Part shown: positions 11,142 to 24,494 of the stretch, in pieces
How positions within the stretch are numbered: position 1 is the first letter of the stretch
How the letters are laid out: each line of letters begins with the position of its first letter
Source: Escherichia coli
GTDB lineage: Bacteria > Pseudomonadota > Gammaproteobacteria > Enterobacterales > Enterobacteriaceae
Direction: 5' to 3' (one strand)
Length of the DNA: 32,000 bases
Assembly (NCBI RefSeq): GCF_048163005.1
Contig: NZ_CP182378.1
The notes under the pieces: generated by a model
The model's database searches: none
Told to the model about the DNA's origin: nothing
The model's input: the letters and a program-made list of their open reading frames with translations, nothing else
Position numbers and translations under genes: made by a program

Positions 11142-12002
11142 TTATGCTGCTAATAATCTATCCAGTGACTGCTGAGCAATAACCAAATGCTGACCGCCAA
11201 ATAACCTTGCACGATTTAACAGCGTGTAGAGTTGGTAAACCGGTTGACGTTCAAGGAAATCGGCAGGTAGCGGGGATACTGACTGATAGCCGTCATAGAT
11301 TTGTGGCGGCTGTTCAGTATGCAGCGGTAACATCGCCAGGTCGCACTCTCGGTCACCCCAGTAGCAGGCCGGGTCGAAAATGTACGGGCCATCCGGACCC
11401 AGCGCACAGTTGCCGGACCATAAATCGCCATGCAACAGAGAAGGCTGCGGTTGATGCGAGGCCAGACGCTGCTGAATATGCTCTACGATGGCGTCGATAT
11501 TGCCGAAAGCGATCCCTTTCTCTGCTGCTAGTTCCAACTGCCAGCCAATCCGTTGTTCAGCAAAAAACGTTGACCAGCGACGTTGCCAGGTGTTGGGCTG
11601 CGGAGTTGTGGAGAGCGAGTTATCAAAATCGAGGCCAAATTGTGGTTGGTCGCTCCATTGATGTAAACGCGCAATTTGCTGACCAAGAATAAATGCGCTA
11701 TGCGCATCCAGCGGGCGAGGTGGGAGATAATCCATCACCAGAAAACTGTAGTCACGGTCAGCGCCAACTGCCCAAACCTTAGGCACGGTGACGGTTTTAC
11801 TACGCGACAGTAACTCCAGTTGGTCGGCTTCGGCGGTAAAACCGGGAAGCAGTTCCCTTTCATCACATTTGACGAAAAAGTCACGTCCTGCATAGCGCAA
11901 ATGCCATGCGGCATGGACTTCTCCGCCAGGCAGTTCATTACGCAGTTCGATTTCGCCTTCACCTAACTGCTCGCTCAAAAGACGACTGATTGCCTGCCAC
12001 AT
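11142..12002 (-). CDS. yniA: fructosamine/ketosamine kinase family protein
   Basis: 286-aa ORF (MWQAISRLLSEQLGEGEIELRNELPGGEVHAAWHLRYAGRDFFVK...LLHGDLWSGN...) with kinase-like motifs. Recognised as YniA. Confidence 0.93.
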   Translation of the reverse strand: MWQAISRLLSEQLGEGEIELRNELPGGEVHAAWHLRYAGRDFFVKCDERELLPGFTAEADQLELLSRSKTVTVPKVWAVGADRDYSFLVMDYLPPRPLDAHSAFILGQQIARLHQWSDQPQFGLDFDNSLSTTPQPNTWQRRWSTFFAEQRIGWQLELAAEKGIAFGNIDAIVEHIQQRLASHQPQPSLLHGDLWSGNCALGPDGPYIFDPACYWGDRECDLAMLPLHTEQPPQIYDGYQSVSPLPADFLERQPVYQLYTLLNRARLFGGQHLVIAQQSLDRLLAA

Positions 12003-12107
12003 GATGTCTCTCCCATGTTGTCTGCCAGATCATAAGGTTAGCGCAAGAATGCGGTGTAAAAACACGAGCTAACGCACACCACAGACTGATTATTGCCCAA
12101 AAACCAT

Positions 12108-12398
12108 TTATTTTCTGTTGCTATTCCATTCCTCCCAGGTCGTGATGGCGATTTCAGGATCTTTACCGGTTGCACTTTGGGTAAGCCCCGAAACCAGTTC
12201 TCTAATTTCTTCTTCACTTTGGGTACTGATAAGTCCAAAAGTGTTAGTCCCCAGCTCATGGATATTTCCATCATCATCCGTCATGGTGAGCAAAAAACCG
12301 TCGCGAGTCAGGTAATTATTCAACTCGTTAATTTCAGTCAATGTATCCTCATGCAACATGACGGTTATGACATAACGGACAAGATCGCCACTGGCCAT
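12108..12398 (-). CDS. ydiZ: uncharacterised small protein YdiZ
   Basis: 96-aa ORF (MASGDLVRYVITVMLHEDTLTEINELNNYL...) recognised as YdiZ. Confidence 0.88.
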   Translation of the reverse strand: MASGDLVRYVITVMLHEDTLTEINELNNYLTRDGFLLTMTDDDGNIHELGTNTFGLISTQSEEEIRELVSGLTQSATGKDPEIAITTWEEWNSNRK

Positions 12399-12469
12399 AG
12401 TTCACCCCTTTGTTATCACATGACTTTTGAGCATAGTCGGAGAAACGCGTTGCCGACAGGTTGGTGGTG

Positions 12470-12491
12470 ATTCCCCCAATGCAGGGGGAAT
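12470..12491 (-). other. Hairpin immediately downstream of pfkB
   Basis: ATTCCCCC (12470-12477) pairs with GGGGGAAT (12484-12491) around a 6-nt loop, 8 nt after the pfkB stop. No clear U tract follows on the minus strand, so terminator function is uncertain. Confidence 0.4.
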
Positions 12492-12498
12492 GTTTCAG

Positions 12499-13428
12499 TT
12501 AGCGGGAAAGGTAAGCGTAAATTTTTTGTGTATCGTCATGGGAGCACAGGCGTGTTCCCTGATTGAGTGTGGCTGCACTCCCCGCAGCTACGCCAAAACG
12601 GACCATCTCTTCAAGAGAGGCATTTTCTGCCAGTTTCAGTGTCATCGCGCCGACCATGCTGTCACCAGCGCCAACGGTGCTCTGGCTTTTCACCGGTGGT
12701 GGCACAACCTGAATGCAGTTTTCACTATCAACGCCCAGCGCCCCTTGTGGACCCAGGGAAACGACAACTCGTTTGGCCTTGCCGCTATTAACGATTTCCT
12801 GCGCGGCTTTGCGGACATCGTCTGGCTGGGTGAGTTCGCGATTCACTAGCGCACTGAGTTCTTTTTGGTTAGGCTTAACCAACTCGATATTACCAATCGC
12901 CAGTGCTGCACTTAACGCTTCGCCAGAACTGTCGACGATGCAGCGAATCCCTTGTTTTTGCGCAGCGGAAATCAGTTGGGTTAATTTTTCCAGCTTCACA
13001 CCTGGCGGCAGGCTTCCGCTTATGACCAGGATAGCACCGGATTCAATTTCCAGAACTTGCTCTTCAAGCTGGCGAAACTCATCTTCACTTAATGCCGCGC
13101 CTGGCATGACAAAACGATACTGCTCACCGCTTGCTTCCACATGTACGTGTAAATTCTGCCGGGTCCAGTCTTTGGCTTCTACAGTAGCGACGGGGACATT
13201 TTCATCTGCCAACAGTGAAACCAGATGTTCGCCGGTCGCACCACCCGCCGGGAAGATCGCTGTGGCACTGCCTCCAAGATGGGCAATGGCGCGGGCGACG
13301 TTGATGCCGCCGCCTCCGGGTTCGAATACCGGTGCGGTACAGCGCAGCTTTCCTTCGGGATAAATTTGCGGGGTAATTGTTGCGCTATCGAGAGAGGGCG
13401 CAAGTGTCAACGTATAGATACGTACCAT
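12499..13428 (-). CDS. pfkB: 6-phosphofructokinase II (PfkB/ribokinase family)
   Basis: The ORF begins MM. The second Met (MVRIYTLTLAPSLDSATITPQIYPEGKLR...) gives the known 309-aa Pfk-2. Confidence 0.95.
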   Translation of the reverse strand: MVRIYTLTLAPSLDSATITPQIYPEGKLRCTAPVFEPGGGGINVARAIAHLGGSATAIFPAGGATGEHLVSLLADENVPVATVEAKDWTRQNLHVHVEASGEQYRFVMPGAALSEDEFRQLEEQVLEIESGAILVISGSLPPGVKLEKLTQLISAAQKQGIRCIVDSSGEALSAALAIGNIELVKPNQKELSALVNRELTQPDDVRKAAQEIVNSGKAKRVVVSLGPQGALGVDSENCIQVVPPPVKSQSTVGAGDSMVGAMTLKLAENASLEEMVRFGVAAGSAATLNQGTRLCSHDDTQKIYAYLSR

Positions 13429-13714
13429 CATTTCCTCCTATAGGCTGATTTCAGTCTGGCACCGAATCAGCGGAAAGGGAAGAAATTAACAATATGATTT
13501 ATTAGAGCTTTATTTAAAATTTTGCAGATAAATATATATAAATAAAAATCTGTTTTCTTCACATGCTTATTCAAAAAATGAAATAAGAATACATTGCTAA
13601 GTTATTCAAGCCTTTTTATAATTCGTTACCTTTCCAGGGACGCTAATCTTTGATCCTTAAGAAAGTTTCCGGGACCGCGATGGTCTCTTTTTTTGTTGTA
13701 CGGACTCTTGATAA

Positions 13715-14473
13715 ATGAAGCTTTTGAAGACAGTTCCTGCCATCGTTATGTTGGCGGGGGGCATGTTTGCGTCATTGAATGCAGCTGCCGATGATTCCGT
13801 TTTTACTGTCATGGACGATCCTGCCAGCGCTAAAAAACCTTTCGAAGGTAATCTGAACGCAGGATATCTTGCACAATCAGGCAATACGAAAAGCTCCTCA
13901 CTTACGGCTGACACCACCATGACCTGGTATGGACAAACCACTGCCTGGTCGCTGTGGGGGAACGCCAGTAATACTTCTTCTAATGATGAGCGTTCTTCAG
14001 AAAAATATGCCGCGGGCGGGCGTAGCCGTTTTAATTTAACTGATTATGACTATTTATTTGGGCAGGCAAGCTGGCTGACAGACCGTTATAACGGCTATCG
14101 AGAGCGCGATGTGTTGACCGCGGGTTATGGTCGTCAGTTTTTGAATGGCCCGGTACACAGTTTCCGCTTTGAATTCGGTCCAGGTGTGCGTTACGACAAA
14201 TATACCGACAATGCCAGTGAAACCCAGCCGCTGGGCTATGCCTCCGGGGCTTATGCATGGCAGTTGACTGACAACGCTAAATTTACGCAGGGTGTTTCGG
14301 TCTTCGGCGCGGAAGACACAACGCTGAACTCCGAAAGCGCATTAAATGTTGCTATTAATGAACATTTTGGACTGAAGGTGGCTTACAACGTAACATGGAA
14401 CTCTGAACCTCCAGAGTCTGCACCGGAACATACCGATCGTCGGACAACCTTATCGCTGGGCTACAGCATGTAA
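13715..14473 (+). CDS. ydiY: acid-inducible putative outer-membrane beta-barrel protein (DUF481 family)
   Basis: 252-aa ORF with a signal peptide (MKLLKTVPAIVMLAGGMFASLNAAA) and alternating beta-strand-like sequence ending ...LSLGYSM. Confidence 0.92.
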   Translation: MKLLKTVPAIVMLAGGMFASLNAAADDSVFTVMDDPASAKKPFEGNLNAGYLAQSGNTKSSSLTADTTMTWYGQTTAWSLWGNASNTSSNDERSSEKYAAGGRSRFNLTDYDYLFGQASWLTDRYNGYRERDVLTAGYGRQFLNGPVHSFRFEFGPGVRYDKYTDNASETQPLGYASGAYAWQLTDNAKFTQGVSVFGAEDTTLNSESALNVAINEHFGLKVAYNVTWNSEPPESAPEHTDRRTTLSLGYSM

Positions 14474-14481
14474 AATTATCT

Positions 14482-14520
14482 GCCGGACCGTGTTATGCGG
14501 TCTGGCTGTCTTCGTTTGTC
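14482..14520 (+). terminator. ydiY terminator candidate
   Basis: GCCGGACCG (14482-14490) pairs with CGGTCTGGC (14498-14506, one G-U pair). It is followed by the T-rich TGTCTTCGTTTGTC. Confidence 0.55.
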
Positions 14521-14525
14521 ACTGC

Positions 14526-14633
14526 TCAGCCCCAAATCATTGCTGCCCAACGTAGCAACAACATAGCGCCACAGATTGCCAGTAGCACCACCACCATCTT
14601 CCAGTGTTTTTTATCAAAGCGTTTAGTCGGCAT
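14526..14633 (-). CDS. yniD: small single-pass membrane protein YniD (35 aa)
   Basis: Within the 72-aa track ORF, the ATG at 14633 (MPTKRFDKKHWKMVVVLLAICGAMLLLRWAAMIWG) is preceded by AGGA at the correct spacing. It matches my memory of the K-12 small protein. Confidence 0.8.
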   Translation of the reverse strand: MPTKRFDKKHWKMVVVLLAICGAMLLLRWAAMIWG

Positions 14634-14799
14634 ACCAGTGTCCTGCATATCTCTTGTGCGTGATAACGGAGTGTAACAAAAGGGACAGGCATCAAGGGAT
14701 TTTTTGTTATTACAGCCGTCGGGTGGCGTTGTACACCTGATCACTGTTTTTGCGGTTTATGAAAAAAATAAAATTATGTATCGATATATAAATATCTGG

Positions 14800-16698
14800 T
14801 TATAAATACGTCTTTAGTTCATCAGCACTAAAACTCAGGCTTTGGCTGATTACGTTTATAGCAGCATAATATGTTTCTACAGTTTTATAATGATTATGAT
14901 GAATGGCTATATGAACAGCTGACATATTGTCATGATTTTTAGCGGCCAACAATGTGAATAACTGACATTGACTAAAAGAATATTTATTTGCAAAAGTACC
15001 CAGCGTTGATATATAAGATAACACGACGTCTTTATTACCCTTGCTCATGGCGATGTATAAAGCAGGGGTTCCATATGCTGTTGCGCCTTTTAATAAATCC
15101 ATGATGTTAATTTTGCTGAGGTTATATTTAACAGCGATTCCATAAACTTTAGAGAGGAACCGTGTGACACACAAAGGGTGATTATTTTCCATTGCGGCAT
15201 ATAATCCTGGCTCACCATCACGTGTTTTCATTGCTAAAATATCCATCACCATTTTTTTGCTTAAAAGCTCTTGTGTTATTGGAGTGGTTAATGCATTCAG
15301 AAAGATATCGATTATTTCATCGAATCCATACAACATGGAGATATAGAGTCCAGGTGTTTCGTTAGCACTTTTAGTTTGCAGTAATTTAACCAGATTATCT
15401 TCATGAATGATATGATTATCTACCAGTGACTGAATTTCTTGCATAAATATTTTTACGTTGTCAGTATGTCCGTTCATCATAGCCAGAAATAAAGCAGGTG
15501 TACCAACGCTATTCTGCGCAGTTATTATTTCAATGATTTCTTTTTCAGGGAGTATGGGTAACTGTTTGAATAATGCAATAAGCTGTTGAGTCTGGCCTGT
15601 GGCCATTATTAACAACATTGCCGATGGATGTATAGGGGCAAATGGCATTCGTGATGCAATACCCGCGAAAATAGCCCCTGGAACTCCCTCAGGTAATAGG
15701 GGCAGAAAAGCAATTGCACAGTTGCGAACATACATATCAGCCCAGGTCTGAGCATCGGGACCTGAACTGATGAATTTATCGAGCGAGAGAAAGCCCCGTG
15801 CTGTCCTGTGGGTGCCTCTGACGGCAACGTTGGTATCGTTCGGGTCGTAAACGGACACAACATAATTTAATTGCCCATACGCTGACTGCTTTATTCGTAG
15901 CCTTACTGACAAAGTATGATTGTCTATATATAAAATCGCGGACATATGACTGACATTGTTTGCCATCATTCGACAGAAGAAAATATCTAAAGCGAAGCCA
16001 AAATCCTTACTCGCGATAACGCGACTCCCTGCAGGAGGATGGCGAAGTAATGATCTGAACTCCGCGTCCCGGACTAAGGGAACATGCTGCTGTATGGATT
16101 CAACGGAGGAGTAATGTTTAATCAGATTGACTTTGCCTTTTCCATTTCTCAGTGAATCAAGTGCGTATTGCAATGACAGATGGCGACAAAAAATAGCGTC
16201 AGAAGGAGATTGCGAAAAAAATGCACTACCATTGAGATTTACTGTTGGTTGTATAGTTTTTTCTCTATGGATTTTTTTAGACAGTTTCATACAATGGTTA
16301 CGATTTTCGGCAGTTAACTGTTCCTGTTCAATATAATCCAGTATGCTTCGCAAATGGTTAGCTTTAATAGGCGTGGTTTCCAGTAATAAGGAAATGATTT
16401 CTTTTTTATAGTGTAATGTAATGAGTATATTTTCTGCATGGATGGGTGAAGTGGCAAAGTTAATGGTAAAAAGGGCAGTGGAATAACAATTTTGTGATAT
16501 TTTTCGACAGTTTGCGGTAAATTCCTGAGTAACACAGTATGACAGCATCGAACTTAAGTCAGAGGTATCAAGTAGGGTGATGAGTTGGCGCGCAAATTGA
16601 TTAATAGGCTCTGATGAAGGCGTTGGTATGTCGCTATCGATGTGCATTCTATGAGGAGACTTATAATGAGTTCTGATAATAATGTCGTTTTCACTCAT
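14800..16698 (-). CDS. arpB: ankyrin-repeat protein ArpB, intact (N-terminal ShET2/EspL-like domain plus C-terminal ANK repeats)
   Basis: Uninterrupted 632-aa ORF in a visibly AT-rich segment. Residues ~385-615 (nt 14854-15546) carry at least five ANK-like repeats ([82 protein letters not shown]). The position between yniD and thrS matches K-12 arpB. Confidence 0.88.
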   Translation of the reverse strand: MSENDIIIRTHYKSPHRMHIDSDIPTPSSEPINQFARQLITLLDTSDLSSMLSYCVTQEFTANCRKISQNCYSTALFTINFATSPIHAENILITLHYKKEIISLLLETTPIKANHLRSILDYIEQEQLTAENRNHCMKLSKKIHREKTIQPTVNLNGSAFFSQSPSDAIFCRHLSLQYALDSLRNGKGKVNLIKHYSSVESIQQHVPLVRDAEFRSLLRHPPAGSRVIASKDFGFALDIFFCRMMANNVSHMSAILYIDNHTLSVRLRIKQSAYGQLNYVVSVYDPNDTNVAVRGTHRTARGFLSLDKFISSGPDAQTWADMYVRNCAIAFLPLLPEGVPGAIFAGIASRMPFAPIHPSAMLLIMATGQTQQLIALFKQLPILPEKEIIEIITAQNSVGTPALFLAMMNGHTDNVKIFMQEIQSLVDNHIIHEDNLVKLLQTKSANETPGLYISMLYGFDEIIDIFLNALTTPITQELLSKKMVMDILAMKTRDGEPGLYAAMENNHPLCVTRFLSKVYGIAVKYNLSKINIMDLLKGATAYGTPALYIAMSKGNKDVVLSYISTLGTFANKYSFSQCQLFTLLAAKNHDNMSAVHIAIHHNHYKTVETYYAAINVISQSLSFSADELKTYL

Positions 16699-17104
16699 AA
16701 TCTATTCGCCTTATATATGTCTGGAGGTTTTGAGGATGATGATTAATTATTATCGCCAGAACGAAATGTGCACGAAAAATTGCTATAAGAATTGTGTCAT
16801 TTTTATCATTGTGATATGACCACTTCGTCATTAATCTTATGATCGTTTAAATAGTACCTCCAAATCACGCAACGAACTTTGCTGGATTCAGTTTATGCTG
16901 CTGCAAATCCGCTCGCAGTAAACCTTTCAGACGCTCCGTGATGTTATCAGTGGTTCTTTAAGCGTTTTGCTGGTGTACTCACTACAAACGAATTGCGAAT
17001 CGAATCAATGTGAAACGGAAAGGTACAATCTCCCTTTTTTTAGTGTTAACATCGCTCAACCGGGTGGAAGGTGAGAGGTTAATGTCTTTCATTTGTGTAC
17101 CTGA

Positions 17105-17220
17105 TTGCGAACCAATTTAGCATTTGTTGGCTAGATGGTTTCGCAATGAACTGTTAATAAACAAATTTTTCTTTGTATGTGATCTTTCGTGTGGGTCACC
17201 ACTGCAAATAAGGATATAAA
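17105..17220 (+). promoter_or_regulatory. thrS translational operator (tRNA-Thr anticodon-arm mimic) and ribosome binding site
   Basis: Hairpin 17105-17146 has TTGCGAACCA pairing with TGGTTTCGCAA. Hairpin 17179-17199 has GTGATC pairing with GGTCAC, with CGT in the loop at 17188-17190. AGGA lies at 17211-17214, just before the ATG at 17221. This matches the known ThrRS autoregulatory operator layout. Confidence 0.8.
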
Positions 17221-19149
17221 ATGCCTGTTATAACTCTTCCTGATGGCAGCCAACGCCATTACGATCACGCTGTAAGCCCCATGGATGTTGCGCTGGACAT
17301 TGGTCCAGGTCTGGCGAAAGCCTGTATCGCAGGGCGCGTTAATGGCGAACTGGTTGATGCTTGCGATCTGATTGAAAACGACGCACAACTGTCGATCATT
17401 ACCGCGAAAGACGAAGAAGGTCTGGAGATCATTCGTCACTCCTGTGCGCACCTGTTAGGGCACGCGATTAAACAACTTTGGCCGCATACCAAAATGGCAA
17501 TCGGCCCGGTTATTGACAACGGTTTTTATTACGACGTTGATCTTGACCGCACGTTAACCCAGGAAGATGTCGAAGCACTCGAGAAGCGGATGCATGAGCT
17601 TGCTGAGAAAAACTACGACGTCATTAAGAAGAAAGTCAGCTGGCACGAAGCGCGTGAAACTTTCGCCAACCGTGGGGAGAGCTACAAAGTCTCCATTCTT
17701 GACGAAAACATCGCCCATGATGACAAGCCAGGTCTGTACTTCCATGAAGAATATGTCGATATGTGCCGCGGTCCGCACGTACCGAACATGCGTTTCTGCC
17801 ATCATTTCAAACTAATGAAAACGGCAGGGGCTTACTGGCGTGGCGACAGCAACAACAAAATGTTGCAACGTATTTACGGTACGGCGTGGGCAGACAAAAA
17901 AGCGCTTAACGCTTACCTGCAGCGCCTGGAAGAAGCCGCGAAACGCGACCACCGTAAAATCGGTAAACAGCTCGACCTGTACCATATGCAGGAAGAAGCA
18001 CCGGGTATGGTATTCTGGCACAACGATGGCTGGACCATCTTCCGTGAACTGGAAGTGTTTGTTCGTTCTAAACTGAAAGAGTACCAGTATCAGGAAGTTA
18101 AAGGTCCGTTCATGATGGACCGTGTCCTGTGGGAAAAAACCGGTCACTGGGACAACTACAAAGATGCAATGTTCACCACGTCTTCTGAGAACCGTGAATA
18201 CTGCATTAAGCCGATGAACTGCCCGGGTCACGTACAAATTTTCAACCAGGGGCTGAAGTCGTATCGCGATTTGCCGCTGCGTATGGCCGAGTTTGGTAGC
18301 TGCCACCGTAACGAGCCGTCAGGTTCGCTGCATGGCCTGATGCGTGTACGTGGTTTTACCCAGGATGACGCGCATATCTTCTGTACTGAAGAACAAATTC
18401 GCGATGAAGTTAACGGATGTATCCGTTTAGTCTATGATATGTACAGCACTTTTGGCTTCGAGAAGATCGTCGTCAAACTCTCCACTCGTCCTGAAAAACG
18501 TATTGGCAGCGACGAAATGTGGGATCGTGCTGAGGCGGACCTGGCGGTTGCGCTGGAAGAAAACAACATCCCGTTTGAATATCAACTGGGTGAAGGCGCT
18601 TTCTACGGTCCGAAAATTGAATTTACCCTGTATGACTGCCTCGATCGTGCATGGCAGTGCGGTACAGTACAGCTGGACTTCTCCTTGCCGTCTCGTCTGA
18701 GCGCCTCCTATGTGGGCGAAGACAACGAGCGTAAGGTACCGGTAATGATTCACCGCGCAATTCTGGGGTCGATGGAACGTTTCATCGGTATCCTGACCGA
18801 AGAATTCGCTGGTTTCTTCCCGACCTGGCTTGCGCCGGTTCAGGTTGTTATCATGAATATTACCGATTCACAGTCTGAATACGTTAACGAATTGACGCAA
18901 AAACTATCAAATGCGGGCATTCGTGTTAAAGCAGACTTGAGAAATGAGAAGATTGGCTTTAAAATCCGCGAGCACACTTTGCGTCGCGTCCCGTATATGC
19001 TGGTCTGTGGTGATAAAGAGGTGGAATCAGGCAAAGTTGCCGTTCGCACCCGCCGTGGTAAAGACCTGGGAAGCATGGACGTAAATGAAGTGATCGAGAA
19101 GCTGCAACAAGAGATTCGCAGCCGCAGTCTTAAACAATTGGAGGAATAA
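17221..19149 (+). CDS. thrS: threonyl-tRNA synthetase
   Basis: 642-aa ORF ([34 protein letters not shown]...) recognised as ThrRS. Confidence 0.98.
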
Positions 19150-19989
<840 letters not shown>

Positions 19990-20015
19990 GCCGTTAACGT
20001 TTTTTAACTTTTTAA

Positions 20016-20399
<384 letters not shown>

Positions 20400-20407
20400 G
20401 CCAGTTG

Positions 20408-20438
20408 AAAGAGGGAGCTAGTCTCCCTCTTTTCGTTT
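20408..20438 (+). terminator. rplT rho-independent terminator
   Basis: AAAGAGGGAG (20408-20417) pairs perfectly with CTCCCTCTTT (20423-20432) around a CTAGT loop. The stem runs into a T-rich tail. Confidence 0.85.
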
Positions 20439-20454
20439 CAACGCCATCAAAACA

Positions 20455-20483
20455 TTGACTTTTATCGCCGTAGCCTTTTCAAT
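20455..20483 (+). promoter_or_regulatory. candidate sigma70 promoter for pheMST
   Basis: TTGACT (20455-20460), a 17-nt spacer, then TTCAAT (20478-20483). It is located between the rplT terminator and pheM. Confidence 0.45.
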
Positions 20484-20521
20484 AAAGGTCTTTTGAAAAG
20501 TACCAAAAGGTAACGCAAGCA

Positions 20522-20566
20522 ATGAATGCTGCTATTTTCCGCTTCTTTTTTTACTTTAGCACCTGA
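20522..20566 (+). CDS. pheM: pheST operon leader peptide (14 aa, 5 Phe codons)
   Basis: ATG AAT GCT GCT ATT TTC CGC TTC TTT TTT TAC TTT AGC ACC TGA = [14 protein letters not shown]. It is below the ORF-track size cutoff and was read directly from the sequence. Confidence 0.92.
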
Positions 20567-20612
20567 CTCCAGGAGGCTAGCGCGTGAGAAGAGAAACGGA
20601 AAACAGCGCCTG

Positions 20613-20640
20613 AAAGCCTCCCAGTGGAGGCTTTTTTTGT
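20613..20640 (+). terminator. pheST attenuator terminator
   Basis: AAAGCCTCC (20613-20621) pairs with GGAGGCTTT (20626-20634) around a CAGT loop, running into a T7 tract. It lies 65 nt upstream of the pheS ATG. Confidence 0.9.
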
Positions 20641-20662
20641 ATGCGCGTTTTGAAAAAATTAA

Positions 20663-21688
<1,026 letters not shown>

Positions 21689-21699
21689 GGCAGGAATAG

Positions 21700-24090
<2,391 letters not shown>

Positions 24091-24094
24091 ACCT

Positions 24095-24394
24095 ATGGCG
24101 CTTACAAAAGCTGAAATGTCAGAATATCTGTTTGATAAGCTTGGGCTTAGCAAGCGGGATGCCAAAGAACTGGTTGAACTGTTTTTCGAAGAGATCCGTC
24201 GCGCTCTGGAAAACGGCGAACAGGTGAAACTCTCTGGTTTTGGTAACTTCGATCTGCGTGATAAGAATCAACGCCCGGGACGTAACCCGAAAACGGGCGA
24301 GGATATTCCCATTACAGCACGGCGCGTGGTGACCTTCAGACCCGGGCAGAAGTTAAAAAGCCGGGTCGAAAACGCTTCGCCCAAAGACGAGTAA
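24095..24394 (+). CDS. ihfA: integration host factor alpha subunit
   Basis: 99-aa ORF ([52 protein letters not shown]...) recognised as IHF-alpha. Confidence 0.98.
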
Positions 24395-24406
24395 TCTGAT
24401 CTAACT

Positions 24407-24433
24407 AAAAAGGCCGCTTTGCGGCCTTTTTTC
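24407..24433 (+). terminator. ihfA rho-independent terminator
   Basis: AAAAAGGCCGC-TTT-GCGGCCTTTTTT. The stem is GGCCGC (24412-24417) / GCGGCC (24421-24426), followed by T6. Confidence 0.88.
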
Positions 24434-24494
24434 TTTTCACTGTCGAAGAGTCACCGTAAAATCAACGCCATGACACTTCAGCAGAACGGATACC

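Noticed and set aside
12713-13363. 216-aa plus-strand ORF, with neighbours at 12427-12849 and 12567-12791, antisense to pfkB
   Set aside because: It lies entirely within the complement of a confidently identified conserved gene. The translation is low-complexity Ser/Ala/Pro/Thr-rich with no recognisable motif or Shine-Dalgarno. This is a typical shadow ORF.
14634-14744. GTG-initiated 37-codon extension of yniD with four Cys (C-x6-C ... C-x2-C), which looks like a zinc-ribbon
   Set aside because: There is no Shine-Dalgarno upstream of the GTG at 14744, whereas the internal ATG at 14633 has AGGA at ideal spacing and matches the known 35-aa protein. The Cys pattern is intriguing, but I cannot support translation of it. 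Ribo-seq start mapping would settle the question.
16865-16960. Protein-like open frame on the minus strand (…TTDNITERLKGLLRADLQQHKLNPAKFVA*) between arpB and thrS, possibly a gene remnant
   Set aside because: It is bounded by an in-frame TAA upstream and has no start codon. At about 30 codons it is too short to distinguish from chance without a tblastn or blastx search. I do not recognise the peptide.
17131-18753. Minus-strand ORFs antisense to thrS (17131-17451, 17554-17805, 17812-18306, 18427-18753)
   Set aside because: These are shadow ORFs inside thrS. None is recognisable, and the first overlaps the well-characterised thrS operator.
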